A DNA stretch of 32,000 nt, taken from assembly GCA_000175855.1 (NCBI GenBank), contig ACYB01000020.1, positions 30,001 to 62,000 of the forward strand. The letters run 5' to 3'. This document shows positions 18,295 through 27,722 of the stretch, one piece after another. The notes beneath the pieces were generated by a model. That model saw only the letters and a program-made list of their open reading frames with translations, made no database searches and was not told where the DNA came from. A program made the translations under genes and the position numbers. This DNA is from Raphidiopsis brookii D9 (GTDB taxonomy: Bacteria; Cyanobacteriota; Cyanobacteriia; Cyanobacteriales; Nostocaceae). Within the stretch, counting starts at the first letter, position 1. Each line of letters begins with the position of its first letter.

Positions 18295-19212
18295 ATGAGA
18301 CAACTAGTGATTTTTGAGCGCGTATGCCTGATTGGTCATATCGTTTCTATGGTTTTCGGGCTCGTGGGAATATTACTGGTAATTCCCAATGCTGAGTTAA
18401 TTTTTGAAGAGGTACTAAATTTATCAGAAGTAGGACAAACAGCCATGCAGTGGAGTATGGCTGGTGGTGGTGTTGCTTACATGATTTTAGGTGCTGTAGG
18501 TGTTTTCCTCTATGCTTGCCGAAACTTAGGTTGGGCAAGATCCCTGTATTTCTTGATTCCATCTTTATCTATTTCTTTGACTAGTGAGCTGTTGGGAACC
18601 AGTACAGGTTTTCCTTTTGGACACTATAGCTATTTAAGTGGTTTGGGTTATAAAATTGCAGGTCTCGTACCTTTTACTATTCCTTTATCTTGGTTTTATG
18701 TAGGAATTGTATCATACTTATTAGGGCGTACTGGTTTTGATGTAGATAGAAAACCTACTTTATTACGTCATGTAGGTGCGATCGCATTGGGAGCTTTATT
18801 GCTGACCTCTTGGGATTTTGTTTTGGATCCAGCAATGAGTCAGACATCCTTACCATTTTGGTATTGGCATCAACCAGGTTCTTTCTTTGGCATGCCTTAT
18901 CAAAATTTTGCTGGTTGGTTTGGCACCGGTTCTTTGTTTATGACAGTATCAGCCTTATTATGGAGAAATAACCCAATTAATTTGGAAAGATCCCAATTAA
19001 ACGTAGCCCTAATAGTGTACCTAGCCAACTTTGGTTTTGCTACTGTGATGAGTTTAGCTGCTGGGTTCCCTATTCCCATAATTTTAGGTCTATTCCTAGG
19101 AGTTGCACCTGCCATACTACTATGGTCAAAAGCACCCAGTAAATCTATTTCTGCAGGACTAGAGTCGGGAAATCAGTCGGTGATCAGCAATGTTAATGTT
19201 GTTTTAAAATAA
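18295..19212 (+). CDS. cruF: Carotenoid biosynthesis membrane protein, CruF-type (gamma-carotene 1'-hydroxylase family, DUF422/Caroten_synth)
   Basis: The track ORF starts at GTG 18262; the ATG at 18295 (MRQLVIF) is preferred. It is polytopic, with TGFPFGHYSY, WDFVLDPAMS, FWYWH and QNFAGWFG matching the family as I recall it. It sits directly upstream of a GT2 gene, as in the described cruF-cruG arrangement. Confidence 0.75.
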   Translation: MRQLVIFERVCLIGHIVSMVFGLVGILLVIPNAELIFEEVLNLSEVGQTAMQWSMAGGGVAYMILGAVGVFLYACRNLGWARSLYFLIPSLSISLTSELLGTSTGFPFGHYSYLSGLGYKIAGLVPFTIPLSWFYVGIVSYLLGRTGFDVDRKPTLLRHVGAIALGALLLTSWDFVLDPAMSQTSLPFWYWHQPGSFFGMPYQNFAGWFGTGSLFMTVSALLWRNNPINLERSQLNVALIVYLANFGFATVMSLAAGFPIPIILGLFLGVAPAILLWSKAPSKSISAGLESGNQSVISNVNVVLK

Positions 19213-19295
19213 TCCTCCGGTGCTGAGTGAACAAAAGACTGATAAAGATTTTTAACTCAGCACTGCGTCATAAATCTCTTTAGGGTATAAACATC

Positions 19296-20474
19296 TTGAT
19301 TATAGAAGCCAGCATTCCCCTAGAATTACCCCTAATATTGCTAGTGGTTCAGGTTCCAGCAGTACTAATTTTAATCTCACGGTTGCTGAAAGGACCAACA
19401 AGACACCCACCCATAGAACCACAACAACCCACACCCGATATGTTAGGAAGCGTAAGCGTGATTGTGCCGACTTTAAATGAAGCCCTACGCATCAGTCCTT
19501 TACTAACTGGTCTGAGTCAACAAAGCTACGAAGTTAGGGAAATAATTGTTGTTGATAGCAGATCCGAGGATGGCACTCCCGATTTAGTTAGAGCAGTACA
19601 ACAAAAAGATCCTCGATTTCGGGTTATGACAGATGACCCCCTACCTCCTGGTTGGGTAGGTCGTCCTTGGGCCTTACATAATGGCTTTTTGTTTAGCTGT
19701 GAGGAAAGCAAGTGGTTTTTGGGAATGGATGCGGACATTCAACCCCATCCAGGACTAGTAGCTAGTCTAGTTAGAACCGCTGAATCTGAAGGCTATGATT
19801 TGGTTTCCCTGTCTCCTCAGTTTATCCTTAAGTATCCTGGTGAATGTTGGTTGCAACCCTCCCTTTTATTGACACTATTATACAGATTTGATCCAGCTGG
19901 TACTTGTATATCCCAACCTGAAAGAGTAATGGCCAATGGGCAGTGTTTCCTATGTCGGCGCTCAGTTTTAGCCACTATGAATGGTTATACCAGTGCCAGG
20001 AGTTCCTTTTGTGATGATGTTACTTTGGCTCGCAATATTGCTGCTGCGGGGTTTAAAGTGGGTTTTTTAGATGGAGCTAGGGTTTTCCAAGTGCGAATGT
20101 ATGAGGGCGCCATGGAGACCTGGAAAGAATGGGGTCGTAGTTTGGATTTAAAGGATGCTTCCCCACCCGGTCAAGTTTGGGGAGATCTGTGGTTATTGTT
20201 CTGTGTTCAAGGTTTACCCTTACTGGTGATTTTAGCATTCTTGCTGGTTCCCCCTTCCCCCTATTTCCCTGCTTCCCTTCTATTGGCGTTAAATGTCTTT
20301 TTATTGATCATCCGCTTTGCTCTACTGCTGGCAATTTCTCCTTCCTATGACCGAAAAAATGCTTATGGTGGTTGGTTATTTTGGCTTTCACCTTTCTCTG
20401 ACCCTCTGGCAGTTCTACGCATCTTTTTGTCAACACTTCGCACCCCTAAAGAATGGCGTGGTAGAAAGTATTAG
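19296..20474 (+). CDS. cruG: Family 2 glycosyltransferase with N- and C-terminal TM segments, CruG-type (myxol 2'-O-glycosyltransferase candidate)
   Basis: 392-aa ORF with a TTG start in the track, so the start is uncertain. GT2 motifs: VSVIVPTLNEA, VVDSRSEDGT, GMDADI. The C-terminus is hydrophobic, and the gene is adjacent to and co-directional with the cruF-like gene. Confidence 0.7.
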   Translation: MIIEASIPLELPLILLVVQVPAVLILISRLLKGPTRHPPIEPQQPTPDMLGSVSVIVPTLNEALRISPLLTGLSQQSYEVREIIVVDSRSEDGTPDLVRAVQQKDPRFRVMTDDPLPPGWVGRPWALHNGFLFSCEESKWFLGMDADIQPHPGLVASLVRTAESEGYDLVSLSPQFILKYPGECWLQPSLLLTLLYRFDPAGTCISQPERVMANGQCFLCRRSVLATMNGYTSARSSFCDDVTLARNIAAAGFKVGFLDGARVFQVRMYEGAMETWKEWGRSLDLKDASPPGQVWGDLWLLFCVQGLPLLVILAFLLVPPSPYFPASLLLALNVFLLIIRFALLLAISPSYDRKNAYGGWLFWLSPFSDPLAVLRIFLSTLRTPKEWRGRKY

Positions 20475-20484
20475 TTAGTATTGA

Positions 20485-21414
20485 TTAATTATCATCCTTT
20501 TCCACTTGATCGCCCCTTTCCAGCTCCCACAAAATCTGATTCCCCTCACGTCTAACCCGTGACACTATCCAGTTTCGCCATCGCCATTGATCACCGCGAC
20601 TTGTCACGGCACTGGCATGAACATCCATTAAATCTGCTAGTTCAGAACTGGTGATTAAGTAACCTTTCTGGGCAATTTCGTCTGCAATCTTTAGGGTTTC
20701 CATGAGATTACGGATTTGTAAGATTCTCATTTCCGGGGGTTTTTCTTCCTGTGTCACCACAGATATTCCTGTTATTCCTGTAGATGGTTCCATAGTTCTT
20801 TCTTCCAATAAACAAGTTCTACCTTCCAACATATTTTCAGCAATTTTTGGTGATTTTGTTGGATAATCAGATACTTTTGTTACATCTCTTTGAGTTATTT
20901 GGGTTAAGGTTTCTTGACAATTAGTTAGCAACTGTTGGGGGGATAACTGTTGCAAAGGGGGAATTTTGCCACTCGCAAAAGAACGGGCAATAACATCGCA
21001 TCTTTCATTACCTATATTACCCGTATGTCCACGTACATGCTGCCACTTGACCAGATTGGTGTTTAGCTTGTCTATAACTTTTAGTAGATCTTGGTTTTGC
21101 ACCGAAGTGCCATCTGATTTTTTCCAACCCCTTTTTTTCCATCCATGTATCCATTTAGTCACACTGTTAATTAGATATTCGCTATCACTATACAGAGTAA
21201 TAGGTTCAACTTGTCCGGATTGAGCGAATAATTGAAGGGCTGCGATCGCAGCTTGGATTTCCATTTGATTGTTTGTAGTGTGATCAGATGCTTCCCCCAT
21301 TTCATGAATTGAACCATCATGAAAGTAAGCAACCACACCCCAACCACCAGGACCTGGGTTTCCCTTGCAAGCTCCATCAGTATATATACTTTTAATTATG
21401 CGTTGATTTGACAT
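20485..21414 (-). CDS. rnhA: Ribonuclease HI with ~150-aa C-terminal extension
   Basis: Residues 1-150 are canonical RNase HI: YTDGACKGNPGPGGWG (D), NNQMEIQAA (E), YSDSEY (D), HVRGHTGNIGNERCDVIA (H, D). Residues ~150-309 have no RNase H similarity. They end in an HTH-like stretch, KGYLITSSELADLMDVHASAVTSRG. Confidence 0.9.
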   Translation of the reverse strand: MSNQRIIKSIYTDGACKGNPGPGGWGVVAYFHDGSIHEMGEASDHTTNNQMEIQAAIAALQLFAQSGQVEPITLYSDSEYLINSVTKWIHGWKKRGWKKSDGTSVQNQDLLKVIDKLNTNLVKWQHVRGHTGNIGNERCDVIARSFASGKIPPLQQLSPQQLLTNCQETLTQITQRDVTKVSDYPTKSPKIAENMLEGRTCLLEERTMEPSTGITGISVVTQEEKPPEMRILQIRNLMETLKIADEIAQKGYLITSSELADLMDVHASAVTSRGDQWRWRNWIVSRVRREGNQILWELERGDQVEKDDN

Positions 21415-21461
21415 GATAATTGATTAAAAGTCTACTTGGAATTTATCCATATATCCTCCAG

Positions 21462-22025
21462 TTATTTTTGATGATGCAATTGGGACAAAGGAGTTGACAA
21501 TCCATCAATACTAACAAAATTTTGCTGCTGATGATATTCTCTAATACCTAGTTCGCCCTTTTTCATAGCCCAACTGATCAAAGTTTGTCTTTCTCCTTGG
21601 TATTCATAGAGTGGTACTCCAAAACCACAGGAAGTTTGTATTCTGTCAATATCCGCAACAATGATTTGTCTAGTTCCAACTATGGGAGGAAATAAAGAAT
21701 ACAATTGATCCCACTCATAATCATCAGGTAAAATAGTTCTTCCCTGACCATAGAGTCTGAGAATGCAGGGAGGTTCTTGGAAAGCACAAAACATGAAAGT
21801 AATTCTGCCATTTTCTAATAGATGAGCAGAGGTTTCGTTCCCACTACCCGTTAAATCTAAATAAGCAACCTGGTGGGGTGAAATGACTCGGAAACTCTCT
21901 AATCCCTTAGGAGAAACATTAACATGGCCCGTGGAACTTAAAGGAGCTGTGCCAACCATAAAGATATGCTGCTTGGCGATAAATCCTTGTAACTCCTCCG
22001 TAATAGAGTTAAAAACCTTAGCCAT
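21462..22025 (-). CDS. Pyridoxamine 5'-phosphate oxidase-fold (FMN-binding split barrel) family protein
   Basis: 187-aa ORF. FMVGTAPLSSTGHVNVSPKG...LDLTGSGNETSAHLLENGRITFMFCAF fits the PNPOx-like family pattern. The specific function is unknown. Confidence 0.75.
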   Translation of the reverse strand: MAKVFNSITEELQGFIAKQHIFMVGTAPLSSTGHVNVSPKGLESFRVISPHQVAYLDLTGSGNETSAHLLENGRITFMFCAFQEPPCILRLYGQGRTILPDDYEWDQLYSLFPPIVGTRQIIVADIDRIQTSCGFGVPLYEYQGERQTLISWAMKKGELGIREYHQQQNFVSIDGLSTPLSQLHHQK

Positions 22026-22095
22026 AAATAATTGGGATTTGCTAATATTCTTGTTGAGAGGTTATTTTATAACCCTAGATTAACTGCTGATACAA

Positions 22096-23085
22096 ATGTC
22101 GTCAATATTTTTATCTCCCCCGATCCAAAAAATTCACAATCCCCTAGCGGACCATTTAAATATTGAGTTATATGTTTTACGATTAGACCTCATACATACG
22201 CAGATAAATGGTAATAAGTGGTTTAAGTTAAAGTACAATCTTTTGGAAGCAAAACATAGCCAATGCCACAGCTTGCTAACATTTGGTGGTGCATATTCCA
22301 ATCACATTTTTGCTACTGCAGCTGCGGGTAGGATTTTTGGCTTTGAAACTATTGGTGTCATCCGGGGAGAACCAACCCTACCTCTTAATCCTACTCTGCG
22401 CTTCGCTCAGGAACAAGGTATGAAATTATTGTATTGCGATCGCCAAACTTACCGACAACGTCATACGCAAGAAGTTCACGAAGAGTTCAAAAAACAGTTA
22501 CAAAGATCCTCAAATCAAACCTTTATTATTCCTGAAGGTGGTGCTAATTTAAATGGCGTGCGCGGGTGTATGGAAATCATGCAAGATATACAATTTTTTG
22601 ATATAATTTGCCTAGCTTGTGGTACAGCTAGCACCCTCACGGGAATTGCCCTATCACCCATACCAACAAGAATTGTGGGTTTTCCTGTATTGAAAGATGC
22701 CAAATTTTTAGAGGGGGAAATAGACAGATTAATCGGAGACTACCTACACTCTAATCTACCTGCTTTGGTAAATTATCCTACGTCTTGGCAATTAATCTAT
22801 GATTACCATTTTGGCGGATACGGAAAAATAGATCAACAACTAATTCAATTCTGTCACCAATTCTATCAAGAACATCATATACCACTCGATTATATATACA
22901 CGGGTAAAATGTTTTATGGAGTTATAGACTTATTAAAACAAGGATTTTTCCCACCTAGTAAAATATTACTAATACATACTGGTGGATTACAGGGAAATTT
23001 AGGAATAGAGGAAAACCTCACCCAAAAAAGCGATAATGCCTCCCTTAGATCATGCAGAAAAGAGTCAATTCCTGAACAGTTTTAG
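22096..23085 (+). CDS. PLP-dependent enzyme of the ACC deaminase / D-cysteine desulfhydrase family (fold type II)
   Basis: 329-aa ORF. A GNKWFKLKYNL block is present (compare GGNK.RKLE, which carries the PLP lysine), followed by FGGAYSNH, IPEGGAN and HTGGLQG. Confidence 0.8.
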   Translation: MSSIFLSPPIQKIHNPLADHLNIELYVLRLDLIHTQINGNKWFKLKYNLLEAKHSQCHSLLTFGGAYSNHIFATAAAGRIFGFETIGVIRGEPTLPLNPTLRFAQEQGMKLLYCDRQTYRQRHTQEVHEEFKKQLQRSSNQTFIIPEGGANLNGVRGCMEIMQDIQFFDIICLACGTASTLTGIALSPIPTRIVGFPVLKDAKFLEGEIDRLIGDYLHSNLPALVNYPTSWQLIYDYHFGGYGKIDQQLIQFCHQFYQEHHIPLDYIYTGKMFYGVIDLLKQGFFPPSKILLIHTGGLQGNLGIEENLTQKSDNASLRSCRKESIPEQF

Positions 23086-23119
23086 CTTATTATTTTATGT
23101 CTAAATGCCAAGAATTCTG

Positions 23120-23148
23120 TTGACTGCTTTCATGTAATCACCTATATT
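23120..23148 (+). promoter_or_regulatory. Sigma70-type promoter upstream of ridA (TTGACT-17 nt-TATATT)
   Basis: TTGACT at 23120-23125, a 17-nt spacer, then TATATT at 23143-23148. This lies 28 nt upstream of the ridA ATG. Confidence 0.5.
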
Positions 23149-23175
23149 ATAAAAGATCCATCACAAGATATTTTT

Positions 23176-23568
23176 ATGACTCATCAAGTTATCCGTACTG
23201 AGAAAGCGCCCGCACCAGTTGGTCCTTATAACCAAGCCATTGTAGCTACTGGTAAGATGGTGTTCGTAGCTGGACAAATACCCATAGACCCAGTTTTAGG
23301 AGATGTAGTTCATACCACTGACATCACTAAACAAACGGAACAGGTAATGAGCAATCTTGAGGCTATTCTCGCTCAAGCAGGTGCCACCTTTAACGATGTG
23401 GTTAAAACTAGTGTGTTCTTGTCTAATATGCAAGACTTTGCGGCCATGAATGCAGTTTATGCTCGCTACTTTTTAAACGAATTTGCTCCTGCACGCGCAT
23501 GTGTGCAGGTTTCCCGTTTACCTAAGGATGTATTGGTAGAAATTGAGTGTATTGCTATGATTAGTTAG
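23176..23568 (+). CDS. ridA: RidA family reactive enamine/imine deaminase (YjgF/TdcF/UK114)
   Basis: 130-aa [15 protein letters not shown]...VFVAGQIP...[21 protein letters not shown]...[20 protein letters not shown] is the canonical RidA pattern, including the Arg in PAR. Confidence 0.9.
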   Translation: MTHQVIRTEKAPAPVGPYNQAIVATGKMVFVAGQIPIDPVLGDVVHTTDITKQTEQVMSNLEAILAQAGATFNDVVKTSVFLSNMQDFAAMNAVYARYFLNEFAPARACVQVSRLPKDVLVEIECIAMIS

Positions 23569-23577
23569 GACTTAATT

Positions 23578-24585
23578 CTACAGATGTCTTTTCTGATGCC
23601 AGTTCCAAGCATGGGAGACAATCTGTTTGATATCAGGGTATACCGGTTGCCAACCCAGTATTTTTCTAGCTTTCTCACTGCTGCCAATAAGAATTGGAGG
23701 ATCTCCAGGACGGCGATCGCACTCAGTAATGGGTATATTTTTACCTGTAACTTCCTCCGCAGCAGCGATGACTTCTCTGACGGAAAAACCGTTGCCATTA
23801 CCCAAGTTAAAAACCGTACTAGTGCCCCCCTGGAGTAGATATTCCAGACCCAAAATATGGGCAGTTGCTAGGTCAGTGACGTGAATATAATCACGAATAC
23901 AAGTGCCATCGGGGGTAGGATAATCAGTACCAAAAATTGAAATTGAAGACCTTTGACCCAAGGCGGTTTGCAATATAAGTGGGATTAAATGGGTTTCTGG
24001 GTTATGGTCTTCCCCCAAGATTCCAGTAGGATCAGCACCAGCGGCGTTAAAGTAACGGAAGGATACAGACTTTAACCCGTATGCAACATCAAAATCCGAG
24101 AGTATCCTTTCTACCATAAGTTTAGTAGCTCCATAGGGATTAATCGGATTCTGGGGATGTTCTTCCGTGAGGGGAATAAACTGGGGTACCCCGTAAGTGG
24201 CACAGGTGGAAGAGAAAATAAACTTGTTAATACCATATTCCAACATTGTTTCTAAAAGACTTAAAGTTGCTGCTACGTTGTTACGATAGTACTTGGCGGG
24301 GTTGACAACTGATTCACCTACGTAGGCGTATGCTGAGAAATGCATAACAACTCCCACCTTATACCGTTGAAATATGGAATTTAAGAGGGGAGTGTCTTGT
24401 ATATCTCCTTGAATAAGTTCTACCTGTAACACCTGTTGAACTAGATCCCGGTGACCATAGGCCAAATTATCCAGAACAAGAACATGATAACCATCTTGTA
24501 ATAGGGCTTTGACTGCATGGGAACCTATGTAACCTGCTCCACCTGTGACCAGGACTGTGGGTTTTGAAGTTGGGAAAATAGACAT
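23578..24585 (-). CDS. galE: UDP-glucose 4-epimerase
   Basis: The track ORF extends to 24669. The ATG at 24585 (MSIFPTSKPTVLVTGGAGYIGSH) places the Rossmann motif at the usual distance from the N-terminus. SSTCATYG, the YxxxK motif as PYGATK, NYFNAAGA-like and DGTCIRDYIHV blocks are present. Confidence 0.9.
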   Translation of the reverse strand: MSIFPTSKPTVLVTGGAGYIGSHAVKALLQDGYHVLVLDNLAYGHRDLVQQVLQVELIQGDIQDTPLLNSIFQRYKVGVVMHFSAYAYVGESVVNPAKYYRNNVAATLSLLETMLEYGINKFIFSSTCATYGVPQFIPLTEEHPQNPINPYGATKLMVERILSDFDVAYGLKSVSFRYFNAAGADPTGILGEDHNPETHLIPLILQTALGQRSSISIFGTDYPTPDGTCIRDYIHVTDLATAHILGLEYLLQGGTSTVFNLGNGNGFSVREVIAAAEEVTGKNIPITECDRRPGDPPILIGSSEKARKILGWQPVYPDIKQIVSHAWNWHQKRHL

Positions 24586-24803
24586 AATTTGCTCCTGATG
24601 TATGATTTGTGCTGCGTCCAGGTTTATGCTTAGCTGGGAAATTACGGTTTGACTATAAAATAAACCCATTGGTGGTAAAACTTGGGGTTTGGGAGTAAAA
24701 AGTTATTTAGGCTTTTGACTCTGAGATGAATTTTTTGGCCACCTGTAATGCTATATGTAATTCTCCAGACTAGCTGTACAAAAAATAGAGAGTTGATTTA
24801 TTT

Positions 24804-25433
24804 ATGTTTCAATTATTAAGCCGGGTTTTACTATGGCTATTAATTGGGGTTATTGCCTACTCCCTGTTCCAAAAATTCTACCCCACGGTTAACTTTGTGG
24901 GTAGGATTGTGGTGGGACTAATAATTTCCGTGTTGGCTTTGGCATTTTTCAATCCAGGTGAACCTGTAGTTGCTTCTCTGTGGCGATTTATTTCTTTTCC
25001 CCTCAAACCATTGGGAGCATCAGCTTTGCTATTAATTATTGCTGCTCAAAAAATCAAGGGAGGTAGCATAGAAAAACCTGGAGGATATTTGTTAGGATGG
25101 TCATTAGCGATTTTATTATTTTCTAGCACCCCTGCTATTGCCTACTTTTTAGTGAGAATCCCCATTGCTTCTATGCTACCTAGTCCCGTATTAGTGTCAT
25201 CCTTGCCACCGGATATAGGCAATAATATTACATCTGATGTAGTAAGTAGTAGTGTATTAAATAGTGCTAGTGTTAACATCCCATCCTATCTGTTACAAAC
25301 CCCTCAAGTAATTAGTAATAGAGGACTGAGGGTGGAGGATTTTGTGCCAAGTGCGGAAACCCTACAACTCACCACCCAGGTTTGGGAAAGTTATCTCAAT
25401 CAAATTTATGTTTTCTTGCGTGGGCGCTCTTAA
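24804..25433 (+). CDS. Hypothetical integral membrane protein
   Basis: 209-aa ORF with about 4 TM helices in the N-terminal 120 aa, then a Ser/Val-rich soluble tail. I recognise no family. Confidence 0.5.
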   Translation: MFQLLSRVLLWLLIGVIAYSLFQKFYPTVNFVGRIVVGLIISVLALAFFNPGEPVVASLWRFISFPLKPLGASALLLIIAAQKIKGGSIEKPGGYLLGWSLAILLFSSTPAIAYFLVRIPIASMLPSPVLVSSLPPDIGNNITSDVVSSSVLNSASVNIPSYLLQTPQVISNRGLRVEDFVPSAETLQLTTQVWESYLNQIYVFLRGRS

Positions 25434-25605
25434 TCTGCAAAGATCTAGAGACTTGGCAGGTTTGACACCCCACCGCTATGGAACCGGGGAGATTATTTGG
25501 GAGATTCTTGCTTAGTCAGTAGAGTTCTCTCAACCTGGTAAACTCCCCACCTATCTTCTTCTGAGTATATGGTGGTACAACTATAGGTATTAAACATAAA
25601 AATTA

Positions 25606-27417
25606 ATGGTGAAATCTCGAAGACTTGCTCAACTTGGTAACTATTTACGTCCCCATTGGAAAGAAACATTATTGGGCGTTATTGCTCTGTTGTCTGTCAA
25701 TGGCTTAGGAGTCTATATACCTCTGCTTATCCGCTCTGGTGTTGCTACCTTATCTACTAATTTTAGATTTAATCAAATTCTATATTATGCAGTAGTTATT
25801 GTTCTGCTCAGTTCTGCCATGTGGATGATGCGTATGGCTTCCCGCATCTGGATTTTTGGTGTTGGTCGTCAGGTAGAATTTGAACTAAAGCAACGGATTT
25901 TTGAACATTTACTCAAGCTAGAACCCGCTTACTTTACTATTAACCCTCCCGGGGATTTGATTACTCGAACTACCAGTGATGTGGAAAATATCCGCCGACT
26001 TTTGGGGTTTGCAGTATTAAGTCTGGTAAATACTGTATTCGCCTATTCTATGACCATACCAATCATGCTATCTATCAACATGGAGTTGACCCTAGCAGCT
26101 TTGGTTGTTTATCCGGTAATGTTATTTTTAGTGCATACTTTTAGCGATCGCCTGCGTGAAGAACAAGCAGCAGTACAGGAAAAACTTTCGGATATAAGTG
26201 AATTAATTCAGGAGGATATGAGCGGGATTTCATTAATTAAAATCTATGCTCAAGAGGAAAATGAACGTCGAGCCTTCCAAAATAAAAACCGGGCTTTACT
26301 AAAGGCGAATTTAACACTAGCTAAAACTAGAAGCACCCTGTTCCCCATGATTGGTGGACTAGCAAATATCAGTTCTCTGATCATTATTTGGTTAGGGACA
26401 ATGCGCATATCTTCGGGGAATTTAGCCGTGGGAGATTTTTTAGCTCTCCTGATTTATGTGGAACGATTAGTTTTTCCTACTGCGCTACTAGGTTTTACAA
26501 TTACTGCTTACCAAAGGGGTGAAGTTAGCATTGATAGACTGGAGTCTATTTTCAGTGTCACTCCTCAAATTGAAGATGGACCGGAGGCGATTTCCCTAGA
26601 TATAAATAAGGTTAAGGGAGAAATCACCGCTAGTAATTTTAGTTATACCTATCCAGGTAGTAAGATTGCTGCTTTGACAGGCGTCAACTTTAATATTAGC
26701 CCGGGAGAAATGATCGCAGTTGTGGGAGCAATTGGCTCTGGCAAATCAACTCTAGCTAATGCGTTACCTAGGTTACTAGACATTGAAGAGGGACAATTAT
26801 TCTTGGATGGGTGGGATATTACAAAAATATCATTAAATGATTTGCGAGCTGCAATTGCCTATGTACCACAGGATAGTTTTTTGTTCAGCACTAGTATTAG
26901 GAATAATATCTCCTATGGTGACCTTGTAACTGAACAAGAAGAACTAGGTAGTGCTGCCAATTTAGCCAAGAATAGACTTAGGGGGAGGTTTGAACAAGAA
27001 AGAGTAGAAAATGTTGCCAATCTGGTTCATATCGCAGGAGAAATTAAGAACTTTCCTCAACAATATGACACCCTGGTAGGTGAAAGGGGAATCACCCTGT
27101 CAGGAGGTCAAAGACAACGTACTGCTTTAGCTAGAGCCATGTTAGTTGATGCTCCGGTATTAATTTTAGATGATGCTCTTTCTAGTGTGGATAATGAAAC
27201 AGCTACCCAGATTCTGCAAAACCTTGCCCGGGGCAAAAAACGGAAAACTGTAATTTTGATCACCCATCAACTTGCTGCTGCTGCTAGTGCTGATAGAATT
27301 ATGGTTATGGAAAAGGGTAAAATTGTGCAAATTGGTAAACACTCGGATTTGGTAGAACAACCTGGACTATACCAAAAGTTATGGAGTCAGCATCAAATGG
27401 AACAGTTATTACAATAA
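25606..27417 (+). CDS. ABC exporter, fused transmembrane and ATP-binding domains (MsbA/MdlB-like half transporter)
   Basis: 603-aa ORF with 6 predicted TM segments. Walker A is GAIGSGKST, Q-loop YVPQD, signature LSGGQRQR, Walker B LILDDALS and H-loop ITHQL. About 15 extra residues sit between the Q-loop region and the signature motif. Confidence 0.9.
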   Translation: MVKSRRLAQLGNYLRPHWKETLLGVIALLSVNGLGVYIPLLIRSGVATLSTNFRFNQILYYAVVIVLLSSAMWMMRMASRIWIFGVGRQVEFELKQRIFEHLLKLEPAYFTINPPGDLITRTTSDVENIRRLLGFAVLSLVNTVFAYSMTIPIMLSINMELTLAALVVYPVMLFLVHTFSDRLREEQAAVQEKLSDISELIQEDMSGISLIKIYAQEENERRAFQNKNRALLKANLTLAKTRSTLFPMIGGLANISSLIIIWLGTMRISSGNLAVGDFLALLIYVERLVFPTALLGFTITAYQRGEVSIDRLESIFSVTPQIEDGPEAISLDINKVKGEITASNFSYTYPGSKIAALTGVNFNISPGEMIAVVGAIGSGKSTLANALPRLLDIEEGQLFLDGWDITKISLNDLRAAIAYVPQDSFLFSTSIRNNISYGDLVTEQEELGSAANLAKNRLRGRFEQERVENVANLVHIAGEIKNFPQQYDTLVGERGITLSGGQRQRTALARAMLVDAPVLILDDALSSVDNETATQILQNLARGKKRKTVILITHQLAAAASADRIMVMEKGKIVQIGKHSDLVEQPGLYQKLWSQHQMEQLLQ

Positions 27418-27423
27418 TGCAAT

Positions 27424-27458
27424 CTCCCTATTGGTGCAAGACACCAATAGGGAGTTTT
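27424..27458 (+). terminator. Rho-independent terminator after the ABC exporter gene
   Basis: Perfect 13-bp stem CTCCCTATTGGTG-CAAGA-CACCAATAGGGAG (27424-27454) followed by TTTT. It starts 7 nt after the stop codon and lies between convergent genes. Confidence 0.75.
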
Positions 27459-27482
27459 CAGGTAGGGTATGTTTTTAAAAAC

Positions 27483-27722
27483 CTACATTTTTCCCTTTAC
27501 CATTACCTGTTGCAGATGCTGACGAATTTCATGGGCTTCATCAATTTCTGATTGACGTAACTTTTCAAATAGTTCTACACAAGGTTGGGAATTTACTTCT
27601 TTTGCGTCTTTAATATATTGTTCATAGGCCTGAACTGCTGCAGCTTTATTGTGCAAGACGGTGATGAAATCATATTCTAAATTGCTAATTGGTTCTTGGA
27701 TTTTTGTCTTAGCAGTAGTCAT
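27483..27722 (-). CDS. Small hypothetical helical protein (79 aa)
   Basis: ORF with AAGGA 10 nt upstream of the ATG. Its composition is charged and helical (EYDFITVLHNKAAAVQAYEQYIKDAKE...EIDEAHEIRQHLQQV). I recognise no family. Confidence 0.5.
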   Translation of the reverse strand: MTTAKTKIQEPISNLEYDFITVLHNKAAAVQAYEQYIKDAKEVNSQPCVELFEKLRQSEIDEAHEIRQHLQQVMVKGKM

